A stretch of DNA of 63,053 nucleotides, filler included, from Stramenopiles sp. TOSAG23-6 (GCA_900128565.1; 49 parts of 49 records of this genome joined end to end with filler, not necessarily neighbours in it), one strand, 5' to 3'; positions 1 through 11,279 are shown, counted from the first letter of the whole stretch. Notes: generated by a model not told the origin, from the letters alone. Numbers and translations are program-made.

Positions 1-1
1 C

Positions 2-540
2 GATTTATTTATACCAGGAATTTCTGACATTGATATTACAATCAAATGTGACAAATGTGCCAAATATAATGGAAGCGAACAAATGAATCGCTTAGCTACT
101 CATTTAAAAGAGAAGCTGGAGGATCAAATCACCGAATTAATGGTATTGGAAAAAACTAGTTTTCCTGTTGTTAAGTTTACACTTTCGAATGGTCTTAAAG
201 TGGATCTCCTTTTTTGGAAGGCATCCAACAAAGGAAAAGAGGCTGTTGAGATTGTTCAAAGTACATTGAAAGAGCATAAGCATGCTAAAATGTTACTACT
301 CTTACTGAAAATGAATGTTCCACATGAAGGAACTATGGGTAGCTATGTATTGGTGTTAATGTGTCGTTTTTTTTTGAAACGACACGGCAAAGAATTAAAT
401 GGAACATTGACTGAGACTCTAGTACAATTTTTAGAGTTTTATGGTACGCAAAGTAAAGTCATTGGTCCTAATTTGTGTATGTTATTTGAACCTCAAGTTG
501 TGTGTATGCATTGTTCATCTCATAGTAATATTTATCTACA
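2..540 (+). CDS. Non-canonical poly(A) polymerase/TUTase (Trf4/Cid1-like nucleotidyltransferase), partial
   Basis: Frame from nt 2 reads DLFIPGISDIDITI...FPVVKFTLSNGLKVDLLF...GTMGSYVLVLM: SDID catalytic motif, third Asp and GGL-SY-like motif. Confidence 0.7.
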
Positions 541-745
541 NNNNNNNNNNNNNNNNNNNNNNNNNNNNNNNNNNNNNNNNNNNNNNNNNNNNNNNNNNNN
601 NNNNNNNNNNNNNNNNNNNNNNNNNNNNNNNNNNNNNNNNNNNNNNNNNNNNNNNNNNNNNNNNNNNNNNNNNNNNNNNNNNNNNNNNNNNNNNNNNNNN
701 NNNNNNNNNNNNNNNNNNNNNNNNNNNNAGAAGATTTTGGTGAAG

Positions 746-892
746 AGAAAACTACTGGTAAACAGTCAATGGTAGATGAAAAGCCTAAGAAAACTAAGAA
801 AACTACTGGTAAACAGTCAATGGTAGATGAAAAGCCTAAGAAAAGTAAGAAAACTACTGGTAAACAATCAATGGTAGATAAAAAGCCTAAGG
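746..892 (+). repeat. 51-nt coding tandem repeat x~3 (KKTTGKQSMVDEKPKK)
   Basis: aaaactactggtaaacagtcaatggtagatgaaaagcctaag repeated. Confidence 0.9.
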
Positions 893-2622
893 AAACAATA
901 GTAGATGGTGTTGTCGATGTCAAAGAAGAAATCGTTCCACAGCAACAAGATGATAAACCAAAGGCAGTAAGCCGGAAAGTATCTAGAACAAAATTGAGGA
1001 CTCGAAAAAAGAAAAATGCAAAAAAAAATACAAAAAAACAAGAGAAGATAACAAGGATACAAATTTCTAAATTAATTCAAGAAGCATCAAAAGTTGCAAA
1101 AGCAGCTGCGAAAAGCGCTATTACTGCAAAAAAAGAAATGCATAAAGTAATTCAGAGAATAGCAAAAGAAGCCAAGGCTAAAAATGAAGCTCAAAGAAAA
1201 GCTCAGAAAGAAAAAGAGAAAATATTCAGAATTCAATTGAAAGAAAAACTTGATAAAAATGTTCGCGATGTTATACGTAAAATTATTAAAGATGATAAGC
1301 AAGTAACCTTTATGACAGTGAAAAATTATGCATTTGCCGCATTTGATGAGGATAATAATGCATGGACGGGTATTCATAAAAATAAGATCCCAAAACGAGT
1401 AAAAATGATTTTAAGCGAACGTCGAAAGAAGCAGCAAAAGAAAATCGAGGAAGCAAAAAAAGAGAAACAAAAAACTGAATCAAAAGCAACCGCATTGAGT
1501 CAAACAACTTCTACAACTCAATCAGATTTTCAAAATGATGAGAAACGTCGAAAGAATAATCAAGATACAACAAATTTGATTCATCTGAAAAGCCAAGAAA
1601 ATGAGGTAGCCTTGCAGATTTATAAAGCAAGTTTGCAGAAACTTCATGCAAAGTATGTATTAGTGACTCGTAATTGGAAACCTGGCAAAGATTTTGAAAA
1701 TTTAACATCATGGTGCAATTTTGAAATGAAAGTCTATCAAATTCTCCAAGAAATACTTGATGTTCACACAACATTTAGAACAAGTTATCCAAATTTGATT
1801 ACATCTACCGAGGAAAATAATCATCTTCTTATTGTATTTGGAGTTGCTCAAAGACGTTTTGTGACAAATTATTGCAAGACGTTATTAAATAAAGATGATG
1901 TAGACAGGCATGCTATGCAAAAAAAGCTAATAGATGAATGGAGAGAAACAAAGAAGAAATTTGTACAATCGCATAATCCATTTCTCGGCTATTTGGTTCA
2001 AGTAAATAATATGCGTGTTGTCTACCATCAAAAGGTAATTGAATTTAATACAAAAATAGTGAAATACGTTACAAAATATGAAGCACTGAAAGCTATTCAC
2101 ACAGAGACTCCTGTTCGAAAGAAAAAGAAAGACATGTATATTAGTAGTATAAAGCATGAGAGAGCAATGTATCAGAGTCAATTCATCAGAGAAAATCCTC
2201 ATTTAACAATTGATAACTTCTTCGAATGTACCAGGCAAATTATTATGCAGTATAACTTGACTAACACATTGGCCATTAATGAGATGAAAGAAGTAATCCA
2301 GGCATTTGAAAGTCAACCACCTGAAGAGTTAACAGATGTGGTATGGGAAACACACCAAGCACAGTTACGCAGATTTGTATATATGCTTCAAATGTATGAA
2401 AGAAAATTAAAGATTGCTTATCCATATCTTGTGTATAATGAAAAAGGACGTTTTCTTATTGTCGGAGATGATAATGATCAAGAGTATGCATGGAATATAA
2501 TTAGAGATCATGATGCGAGAGTTGATAAAATGTATTCAAAACTGAAAAATGCATCACCAGTTAAAACTACCAAAAAAAAACTGAAAAATAAAAAAAAAAC
2601 TGAAAAATGCATCACCAGTTAA
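769..2622 (+). CDS. Lys-rich hypothetical protein with repeated helical modules
   Basis: 617-aa ORF, intronless; no recognisable family. Confidence 0.6.
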   Translation: MVDEKPKKTKKTTGKQSMVDEKPKKSKKTTGKQSMVDKKPKETIVDGVVDVKEEIVPQQQDDKPKAVSRKVSRTKLRTRKKKNAKKNTKKQEKITRIQISKLIQEASKVAKAAAKSAITAKKEMHKVIQRIAKEAKAKNEAQRKAQKEKEKIFRIQLKEKLDKNVRDVIRKIIKDDKQVTFMTVKNYAFAAFDEDNNAWTGIHKNKIPKRVKMILSERRKKQQKKIEEAKKEKQKTESKATALSQTTSTTQSDFQNDEKRRKNNQDTTNLIHLKSQENEVALQIYKASLQKLHAKYVLVTRNWKPGKDFENLTSWCNFEMKVYQILQEILDVHTTFRTSYPNLITSTEENNHLLIVFGVAQRRFVTNYCKTLLNKDDVDRHAMQKKLIDEWRETKKKFVQSHNPFLGYLVQVNNMRVVYHQKVIEFNTKIVKYVTKYEALKAIHTETPVRKKKKDMYISSIKHERAMYQSQFIRENPHLTIDNFFECTRQIIMQYNLTNTLAINEMKEVIQAFESQPPEELTDVVWETHQAQLRRFVYMLQMYERKLKIAYPYLVYNEKGRFLIVGDDNDQEYAWNIIRDHDARVDKMYSKLKNASPVKTTKKKLKNKKKTEKCITS

Positions 2623-2748
2623 AACTACCCAAGATGGTCGTCAAGGTATTGCAACCGCAGCAGCAGCATCAATGCCAATAAAAGCAACCGCATCAGNNNN
2701 NNNNNNNNNNNNNNNNNNNNNNNNNNNNNNNNNNNNNNNNNNAAAGTA

Positions 2749-3258
2749 TTGCTAGTCAGTAAGACAGGAGGAAGTAGTGCACAGCTTAGTGGGGAAAACA
2801 AAACCAAGACTAACCGGCCAAAGAAGATAATGAAAAATTCCAAAATTAAGAAATTACATGATGAAGATCAACTTCTCTCAAAATTTGCACAACTTATTGA
2901 CGAAGTATCACCATCTGAATTCCTGAATCCGACATCTTTGGAAGCTAGAGTTGGCGCTTATATTGAAGACACAATGGATCATCGAATTCCTGGTGACGAT
3001 GAAACAGAAGATGATAAACTCATGTTTGTATACAAATTTACTCTTTTCATCCAACAGAGAGCAATCTTGAATATTATCAAAAATAGTAGATCTGTTTCAA
3101 GAGATCCAAGCAACAATACTAAGATTAAAATGAAAATATTTGATTTACAGGAAAAACGAAATTTGTTTTGTACATCATACATGCAGAGACACCCTCATCT
3201 CAAAGACGCTATCGAAGCAGTGAATAAGGAACAAGTGTTTGTAATTCCTTTATTTTAA
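2749..3258 (+). CDS. Hypothetical protein, shares a module with ORF 769-2622
   Basis: SYMQRHPHL resembles SQFIRENPHL of the upstream ORF. Confidence 0.5.
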   Translation: MLVSKTGGSSAQLSGENKTKTNRPKKIMKNSKIKKLHDEDQLLSKFAQLIDEVSPSEFLNPTSLEARVGAYIEDTMDHRIPGDDETEDDKLMFVYKFTLFIQQRAILNIIKNSRSVSRDPSNNTKIKMKIFDLQEKRNLFCTSYMQRHPHLKDAIEAVNKEQVFVIPLF

Positions 3259-3498
3259 TATAAACATATCAAAAGCAAGTGAATAAAAAACAATTATTAT
3301 CAATTGGTACATAATTTTTTTCACAAAATTGCATTAAATTTCTTAAATTTCATTTCAACCCTAACCCGCAAGTTTTTTGTTCAGCAGAAATCTTGAAAGG
3401 TTTTGAGGACTTCCTTCCTCCACTTCCTCCTGTCTTACTGACTAGCAATACTTTGGTTGTGTTCCAAGTAAGAAGTCCGTTTAATCAATACATACAGC

Positions 3499-3837
3499 AT
3501 GGGATTTTTTTCAAACTTAAGCCAATCTCACAATGACTTAAAACGCCGTATCCACGCATTTCGCATTCCTCTAGGTCCTCGTGGTCAGGTAATAATGGGG
3601 TGTGTATATTTTAGTATTCCGTTCGTTATAGGTTATCCCATTTACAAGTGGTCTCGTCGTTGTGCTGACGAAAATATTGGCATCAATGGTGAGAACCTTC
3701 ATGTTACAAGAGCTGCACGTAAATCAGTTCAGCGCAATAGAGATCAATTACAGGAACTTTTGCAAAACGCGCAAAATTCCACTTTAGGGAAAGGTAGTAA
3801 CTGGGCAAAAGAAATGGACGCTCCAAGACATCGGTAA
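3499..3837 (+). CDS. Small single-TM hypothetical protein
   Basis: 112-aa ORF with one hydrophobic segment (VIMGCVYFSIPFVIGYPIY). Confidence 0.6.
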   Translation: MGFFSNLSQSHNDLKRRIHAFRIPLGPRGQVIMGCVYFSIPFVIGYPIYKWSRRCADENIGINGENLHVTRAARKSVQRNRDQLQELLQNAQNSTLGKGSNWAKEMDAPRHR

Positions 3838-4306
3838 ACGTATACCTACTGAAATAGTCCTATTACAAATAAGCATGGTTGTATCGAAATAGAAATATTG
3901 AAACATAGAACATATTACAAAAGTATTGTTGATAGATAATATAAAACATAAAATACTTACTCAAATTATAAAAAATACAAAATTTGATTCATAATTTAAC
4001 TATAAGTCATTAATCTCTCATCCAAATTAAATTGGACAATTTAATTATCTACATAAACTTTTGGTATTACATAATTCGTTGTTTCTCAAAGTGTAACTTC
4101 CCAAACAATGGTTACAAGGTACTCTCGTCAATGAAATACTAATATATATAATACATCCAGTCAATTTTTCTCCTCCTCCAGCACTGAAAGGACCACTCAA
4201 ATAATACAAAGAAATCTCCTTTTTCTATATTATTTAAATAATACAAAGAAATCTCCTTTTTCTATATTATTTATGCTACCCTTTCAAAAATGCTGAAGAT
4301 TTAACC

Positions 4307-4911
4307 TCACCCTTTAATTGGTTTCCAGTCTTTAATATTCATACCATCCACGGGTTCTCCAGTAAAACTGATAGAACTTATAGTAGAAATATCAGCTCCA
4401 TCATTGTCTTCTATAAAAATTGTAATAGAATCAACGCGTTGAAAACTAGTAAATTTAAGCAAATTATGTCTATCTTTTGCCATATCGCTCTCTGTCAATT
4501 CAATAACTTGAGTAGGTTTAATATCATCGACATCCTGGAAGTTCATACTCACTTGATTAATATATAACTTTACTAGTACTGGTCGTTCATCAGTAGTAGG
4601 AGCAGTTATATTGAGACTCCAAAGTTTCACAGTTCCTTTAAATGGCATAAAAATCAGTAGCTGTTCATCGTCCAAACTCTTCAAACAATAACTATAGAGT
4701 AAAAATAGTAAAAGAATAAAATGGTTAGTGATACAAACTAGATGAGTGACTTAAACGTTCAAAACTAAAAGTGATGGGTAGTTCAGATTACATACTCGCT
4801 ACTCTCGGTAAACAAATTTAACACCGGATGACCAGAATCTGCATTTAAGCACCATGTTTTGTCTTTATCAACAAGTGCACTGAGATCCTGGTACTTCGAA
4901 CAGCAACTCAT
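4307..4911 (-). CDS. PITH-domain protein, 2 exons, canonical GT-AG intron 4692-4795
   Basis: Spliced MSCCSKYQDL..WCLN..SDYCLKSLDDEQLLIFMPF..FQRVDSITIFIEDN; intron GTATGT..CACTAAC..TAG. Confidence 0.85.
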
Positions 4912-5192
4912 TCTCTTTGACCCTTGCTTTTCAAACTTCAAATGGAAGTTCACCCACCGGAGAACAATCTTGCGTTCTCTACTCGCGAGGATTCTTCTGA
5001 ATTTTTATTCCTTTTTCTTCGAGCACGAAATCCATCAGAACTTTGAAGGGAAATTTAATACTAGCAAAATACTATCAATTTTGCTAGTATTTATTATAAC
5101 AGCTTTTGATTTTTCTCTTACTTTACATAAACTTAACAACAACAATATTTCATTTCAATAACACTTACGAAAACGAAATTTTGAAAAAGACT

Positions 5193-5769
5193 ATGAAATC
5201 TGTATTTCTTTTCTTCGCTGTACTCGCAATTGGTTTTATTTCAGGAAATGCATCCGTAACTGGAACACTCACCTGAACAAATTGCAGCTTCGGTGACCAT
5301 TCAAAGAGGTCAACGCAACAAATGGGAACAGCGAGCTGCTGCTGCTGGAAATGCTGTCGTGGATGGAGCCGAAACAGTTGCTGATGGCGCTGAAGCGGCT
5401 GTAAATACAATGGGAGATGGTATCGAAGCTATTGGAGATGGTGCGGTTGCAGCAGTGAACACAGTTGGTGAAGGTATCGATACAATTAACGAAGGAATTG
5501 AATCTGCCGCAAATGAAGTGACTGAAGCAGCTAACAACATTGAAGATGGTATTCAGTCTGTTACAAAGAGTGTCGATAATGTTGCTGATTCCGCTAATGA
5601 ATTGGGTGATTCAATTGAAGACCTACACAAATCAACGAAATCTTTAGCTGCTAGAATATTTTCATGTATCTTTTGCACTGGTCATGTAGAAGAAGTCACT
5701 CCACCCCAAGGTGGTACTGGAACTGCAAATCCCAAAAATCCCAGAAGTGCAAGAAATCTTCGTCATTGA
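5193..5769 (+). CDS. Secreted Ala/Glu-rich repeat protein (1-nt frameshift near 5262)
   Basis: Signal peptide MKSVFLFFAVLAIGFISGNA joins ORF 5293-5769 after a +1 shift; AVNT.G.GI repeats. Confidence 0.55.
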
Positions 5770-6021
5770 ATTGTGAGTCATTGTTATCATTTGGTACACT
5801 ATCGATTATTCTTTGTAACACTTGTTATTTATCGCAACCCTCCTTCGCAAAATTCGTAATAAAACATCATGATTATATCATATTTTTTTGTAGTCTCATA
5901 AAATATATTCGACAGACTACACGAAAAAACAACTTTCTTTTCATCGGCCGTTCTCGAGTGTAACGTTCACCAAATTACCTATTTTACAATATAGCTACTT
6001 ATACACCTTACTTCGTTAATA

Positions 6022-7258
6022 ATGTCGGATACAGATGACTCGACAGCCTATACGCCATCTGAGACCTCATCATATGAATCAGACGATGTAGAGATCCCAA
6101 AAAGTCACGAGGCTTTTCATAGGCATACACATGAATATGAGTCGGCTGTGTTGGAACATACTAATGGATTAATATTGGACAAACATGTTGGCCAGTATGT
6201 AGACGCTACAAAGGTAGTCTGTAAAATCAATACTCTCAACGATGATGAATCTTTAGGTGTTCGCATTGAGCCTGGTAGCAATAGTGGTTTATGTGCTCGG
6301 ACCACTGCTTTTGTCGATCAAGAAAAAGGTCAAATTACACCTGATTCTGGTATAACATTAGGTATGCACTTAGTTAAAATAGATGAAGAAAATGTGAGTA
6401 CAACCGAGTTTGATAAAATCATGGCTTTACTCTTCAAAGGCGACAAAGGTGTAGTGAAAACTTTAGTATTTGCTGTACCAAAGATTGTAGCGACAGTTGC
6501 TTCTCGTTGAAAAGAACAANNNNNNNNTTCTCGTAGAAAAGAAGAAGACCATGCTACACTAAGTAGAGAAAGAGAACAATTAAGGATTGAAGTCATTGAC
6601 TACTTTGAAGCTCTCGGGTTAAAAGATAAAGTTTTGCAGGTAGATATTATCCTAGATGCTTACTTTGAAGACGATGCACAACATGAATTAATGTCGGATC
6701 TTCGCCTAAAATATGGCGATCCTCAATTTTCTATGCCTAAATCTGTGGTAGAATTACTCTATAAAGAGCAAGATACTAAAAAAAAAGACGTAGAGAAACA
6801 AGCTATTGAAACAAAAATTGATAAAGGAAATCAATCGAAAACGAATAAATCTCAACAAAATAATAATTCCAAATTAGAGTGTGCATTGGCATATGCAGAG
6901 AAGAAAATAATACGTTCAAAAACTGAATTGGGTTTCATTTATTCAGATAGTGATTCTTCGTCGTCTATTGAAAATGATGAAATGAAAAACGAAAATTCTG
7001 ATGAATCTTCAAAAGACTTTGATCAAGTGGTATGGCAAGCTACGCATTTTTTCCAGAGAATTCAAAAACCAAAAACTAAAGAAGAAGTTACGTATATGGC
7101 TCATTGGTATAGAAAAAAAAGTAATGTATATCAACTCATTCTTGATATACATAAATTATTTGCAACTGATTATAGGAATGTAATAGAAAAAGAAGCACAA
7201 CAAAAAAAAAAAAAAGAAGCACAAAAAAAAAAAGAAAAAGAACAAAAAGAACAAAAAG
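6022..7258 (+). CDS. PDZ-like domain protein (gapped)
   Basis: LGVRI...ITLGMHLVKIDEENVSTTEFDKIMALL is PDZ-like; downstream ORF 6634-7258 follows a short gap. Confidence 0.5.
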
Positions 7259-7358
7259 NNNNNNNNNNNNNNNNNNNNNNNNNNNNNNNNNNNNNNNNNN
7301 NNTTAATTAATTAANNNNNNNNNNNNNNNNNNNNNNNNNNNNNNNNNNNNNNNNNNNN
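7259..7358. other. Artificial contig spacer N44-TTAATTAATTAA-N44 (first of ~48, one every ~1.16 kb)
   Basis: Identical 100-nt spacer with six-frame stop linker; intervening contigs shrink steadily from 1073 to 1054 nt (size-sorted). Confidence 0.98.
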
Positions 7359-7418
<60 letters not shown>

Positions 7419-7444
7419 AGTGAAATTTGAAGTAAAGAACATAC

Positions 7445-8402
7445 CGGGTGTTCCACTTGCAATCGAGTATTCATTTCAAGGAAGTAAAAGTTTTGGTCAT
7501 AATCACATAAAAATTCTACTGTACCAGCAGAAAAGTAACCCACCGATTTTGCAAGTTGAACAGCTTGTGCTTGCATTTTTTTTCGTGTTTCTTTTGTAAG
7601 CAAAACAGACGGAGATGTATTGTGAAAAAATATTTTTCAAAAAATTTTGTTAGGTACAAAATTTCGTACGAAATATAAATTCGAAATTGAAAAAAAAAAA
7701 AAACATACATTCTTCCAATACTTTTTGATTGCGTCTTTGAAGAGAACACTCCCGTTCTGGAAAAGCAGCATAATTTCCATGTTTATCACCAATTAATTGA
7801 ATTTCAATATGTCTACCATCCGTTGGGCATACAAAATGTTGTATCAGCATGCGGTCATCTCCAAATGATGAAGCAGCTTCTTCACGTGCAAGATGAAACC
7901 CTTCAACAAGCTCACTTTCATTCCAAGCGACTCGCATGCCTTTACCACCTCCTCCAGCACTAGCTTTCATTATAATGGGATATGTGTTGTGAAAAAATAT
8001 TTCAAAAAAAATCTAAAAAAAATTGTTAGGTACGAAATTTCGTACGAAAAAAAAACTTAAATTAGAAATTCATTCCAAAATACATCCATCATTCCCAAGT
8101 TTTTCACCAATCTCTTTTGTTATTTCAATCGCACGCTCAACAGTAGGACATTCTCCATCGAAACGTGGAGCACAACTTACACCTGCTTTTTCGGCAATCC
8201 TCATACTCTCAATTTTGTCACCCATGGAGAGTATACCGTGGGCATGTATTTTGGAAAAATATTCAAAAAAAAAAACTTAAATTTCTTAGGTACAAAATTT
8301 CGTACGAAAAAAAAAATCGATTTTTTGTTTAAAAAAAAAAATAAAACATACATTTGCACAGCGATGAAGAAGTGTCTTTGGTGAAGGTCTTAAAGACGGA
8401 AC
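7445..8402 (-). CDS. PCCA: Propionyl-CoA carboxylase alpha (biotin carboxylase domain), exons split by 5 element introns
   Basis: [59 protein letters not shown] after removing elements. Confidence 0.85.
7615..7708 (-). mobile_element. Introner-like element intron, GT-AT, 94 nt
   Basis: GAA GAA T|GTATGT..GTACCTAAC..CACAATACAT|CT CCG restores VLEESPS. Confidence 0.85.
7982..8083 (-). mobile_element. Introner-like element intron, GT-AT, 102 nt
   Basis: GGA T|GTATTT..CAACACAT|AT CCC restores GYPIIMKAS. Confidence 0.85.
8244..8351 (-). mobile_element. Introner-like element intron, GT-AT, 108 nt
   Basis: AAT|GTATGT..CCAAAATACAT|GCC; full family consensus. Confidence 0.75.
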
Positions 8403-8670
8403 GTGTATTGTGAAAAAATATGTTATAAAGTNNNNNNNNNNNNNNNNNNNNNNNNNNNNNNNNNNNNNNNNNNNNTTAATTAATTAANNNNNNNNNNNNN
8501 NNNNNNNNNNNNNNNNNNNNNNNNNNNNNNNTTTTTAAATTTTAAAAATTCTAATTACAAAAAAAAACAAAAAAAAAAAAAACAAAAAAAAAAATTTCAA
8601 ATTTTTTTTTTTTCAAAATTTTTTGTACCTAATCAAAATAAATGTTTTGAAATATTTTTGTACTCTATAA

Positions 8671-9367
8671 AAATGAATGCATTGACGAAACACAAAAAAA
8701 AGGTCCAAAAGTAACTTATGATTTTGATTTTTATGATGAAAGATGGTCAGTACATCGTAGTATTAGCGCAGTAGATTGGTCACCTCATTATCGCGAGTTG
8801 CTTTTAGCAGGGTATGTTTTTCATCATAATTATTTTTTAATTTTATTTTTTTTGAATTTTATTTTTTTTTTTTTTTGAATTTTTTTTTTTTTTTACCAAA
8901 ATTTATTTTTTTGTAGCTAAACAAAACAGATTTTTTTTACATATTTTTGATGTATTAGGTATAGTGCAAGAGATGATTGTGTTACATCTACTTTGGATAA
9001 GAATGGAAATCTCATTGGACGACCTTTGCTGTTTTCAACAAGCCAAAATATTCAGAAAACACGAAATCTCAGAAAAACACAAAAATTTCAAAACGATCCA
9101 GATGGTGTTGTTTTAGTTTGGTCTTTGCAACGTCCCAAAAAGCCAGAATTTGTATTTACATGTCCTTCCCCCTTAACTAGTGCAATGTTTCATAAATTTT
9201 CACCTTCCTTGGTCATTGGAGCATGTTTGTTTTATCCACTCAACTCAAATTTCATTGTTTTTTTTGTTACCCCTAACCCTAACAAAAAAAAAAAAAAAAT
9301 TGAAATATTTTCAAACAATACATGTTACTCAGGCCAAATCGTTTTATGGGATAAAAGAGCTTCACAT
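8671..9367 (+). CDS. Cytoplasmic dynein intermediate chain (WD40), partial
   Basis: SAVDWSPHYRELLLAGY, DPDGVVLVWSL, IGACYSGQIVLWDKR. Confidence 0.85.
8812..8958 (+). mobile_element. Degenerate element intron, GT-AG
   Basis: GG|GTATGT..TATTAG|G TAT restores LLAGYS; core motifs decayed. Confidence 0.7.
9225..9323 (+). mobile_element. Element intron, GT-AT, 99 nt, in-frame without stop
   Basis: GCA T|GTTTGT..CAATACAT|GT TAC restores GACYSGQIVLWD. Confidence 0.8.
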
Positions 9368-9557
9368 GTATTTTAATAATTATTCATTTCAAACATACAT
9401 TTATCATTGTAGAAATGATAAAACATGAAAAAAAAATTGAAATTGTTTTTTTTTTTTATAAAAATGTTGTACCTAACAACATTTTGAAAAAAAAAAAAAA
9501 AAAAAAAAAAAAATTAAAATTTTTTTTTTTTTTTAAAAAAATTTTTTCCCAAAAAAA

Positions 9558-9593
<36 letters not shown>

Positions 9594-9872
9594 CACAATA
9601 TAGNNNNNNNNNNNNNNNNNNNNNNNNNNNNNNNNNNNNNNNNNNNNTTAATTAATTAANNNNNNNNNNNNNNNNNNNNNNNNNNNNNNNNNNNNNNNNN
9701 NNNTATATAATAATTTCTATATAATAATTTCTATATAATAATTTCTATATAATAATTTACAATTTATAATAATTTACACATAAAATTTACACATAAAATA
9801 TTTCCCAATAAAATATTGCACAATACTAAATTAATATATACTATATACTATATGTACTTTTATATACAGATA

Positions 9873-10638
9873 TTATGGAAGAACTTGTCTAACATTTAAA
9901 TTAATCCGTTTTGCGTCGTTTCGTAAAAAATCGACAACATTTTTATCATATTTCGTGTTTAGTACCGTTGAAAAATGATTTGGTAAAGTATTTTCAAGAA
10001 TTCGTGGAACACCATGCATACACAATCGACTTTTATTCCCCATAATTATGACATCACCACTACGAATATATATAGCAATTGGTTTTTTTTCATTTTTTTT
10101 TTCAATATTTTTTTTTTCAATATTTTTTTTTTCAATATTTTTTTTTTCAATATTTTGAGACTCTCCTAATAGAAAAATTGCAGAATGACCAAAACTTATA
10201 GATACAACTGGAGCATCATATGTTTCTTCAACTTCATCAGTATGACCACCCATTTATTGTGAAACAAAATGTTGTATAGTTTTGAAAATTTGTTAGGTAC
10301 AAAATTTACTACGAAAAAAAAATTGTAAAAAAAAAAAAATTTTGTAAAAAAAAAATTCAAAATTCGAAATTCAAAATAAGTGATGATACAAAAACATACA
10401 TGAAACTTTTCCGATGATACACGTTACAAATGGCAGCTTCAGGTCGAAACGTAGGAAATCCGACTAAAGCAGACAGTTTTGTGCAAATCCAGTGAACATC
10501 TTGTGGAAAATTTTTACATCTCCATTTTTTTGGATATGTACGATGAGTCCAGTCATAATGAAAACCAAAAGTAGACCACGAAATCTTTGATAAAATAGTT
10601 TTTGCTTTCTTTTGAAATTTTGTATCACTATGAGCCAT
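9873..10638 (-). CDS. ALKBH1: AlkB-family Fe(II)/2OG dioxygenase (ALKBH1-like), partial
   Basis: WSTFGFHYDW, PEAAICNVY, MGGHTD, SISFG, SGDVIIM, HGVPRI, RINLNVRQV. Confidence 0.85.
10252..10399 (-). mobile_element. Element intron, GT-AT, 148 nt
   Basis: TTC AT|GTATGT..CACAATAAAT|G GGT restores FMGGHTD. Confidence 0.85.
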
Positions 10639-10648
10639 ATACCAAATG

Positions 10649-10716
10649 TTATTATTTTTGTTATTATTATTTTTGTTATTATTATTATTATTATTTTTGT
10701 TATTATTATTATTATT

Positions 10717-10775
<59 letters not shown>
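10649..10775 (+). repeat. (ATT)n microsatellite (poly-Asn on minus strand)
   Basis: Direct observation. Confidence 0.9.
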
Positions 10776-10875
10776 NNNNNNNNNNNNNNNNNNNNNNNNN
10801 NNNNNNNNNNNNNNNNNNNTTAATTAATTAANNNNNNNNNNNNNNNNNNNNNNNNNNNNNNNNNNNNNNNNNNNN

Positions 10876-11279
10876 GAGTCTGAGAAAAAATTAAAAATGC
10901 AGTCCTTTAATGGTTTCGAACGGGGCAGGTTGCTACTCAACAGCATCTGCAAATATATTTCTAGCTGCGCTCTCCGTTTCTCCACAAAGTGTGGCGTTCG
11001 GTTTCCAAACCATTTCTTCTTTGGGAACCGCAGCACTTCTAACAAGGTTGGTGCTATTCTACCCAAATCCGTATGGAATTGTTTGATCGAGGAATATCGC
11101 CTAAAGACGGTCCATGTATCGGAACCGTTCGCTACAACAATTTTGTACGCGGCGAAGTTGTCTGCAATTAGGGTTGCTTCTGGAATTTTTATTTGCAACA
11201 TTGCGTATTCGTGGAGCCCATTCCCTTCTGTTTCTCCACCACCACCACCACGCGTTCCTTCGCCGGCCAACGATGCCAT
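10876..11279 (-). CDS. PX-domain protein, partial
   Basis: AYKIVV..WTVFRRYSSIKQFH..FPKKKWFG..FVEKRRAQLEIYL. Confidence 0.85.

Noticed and set aside
4197-4273. 38-nt tandem duplication in intergenic DNA (similar short repeats at 2538-2629, 9704-9760, 38650-38749)
   Set aside because: Ordinary slippage or assembly duplications with no functional signal.
10602-10831. Poly-Y, poly-I and poly-L ORFs and other antisense shadow ORFs
   Set aside because: Translations of microsatellites or of the reverse strand of real genes.
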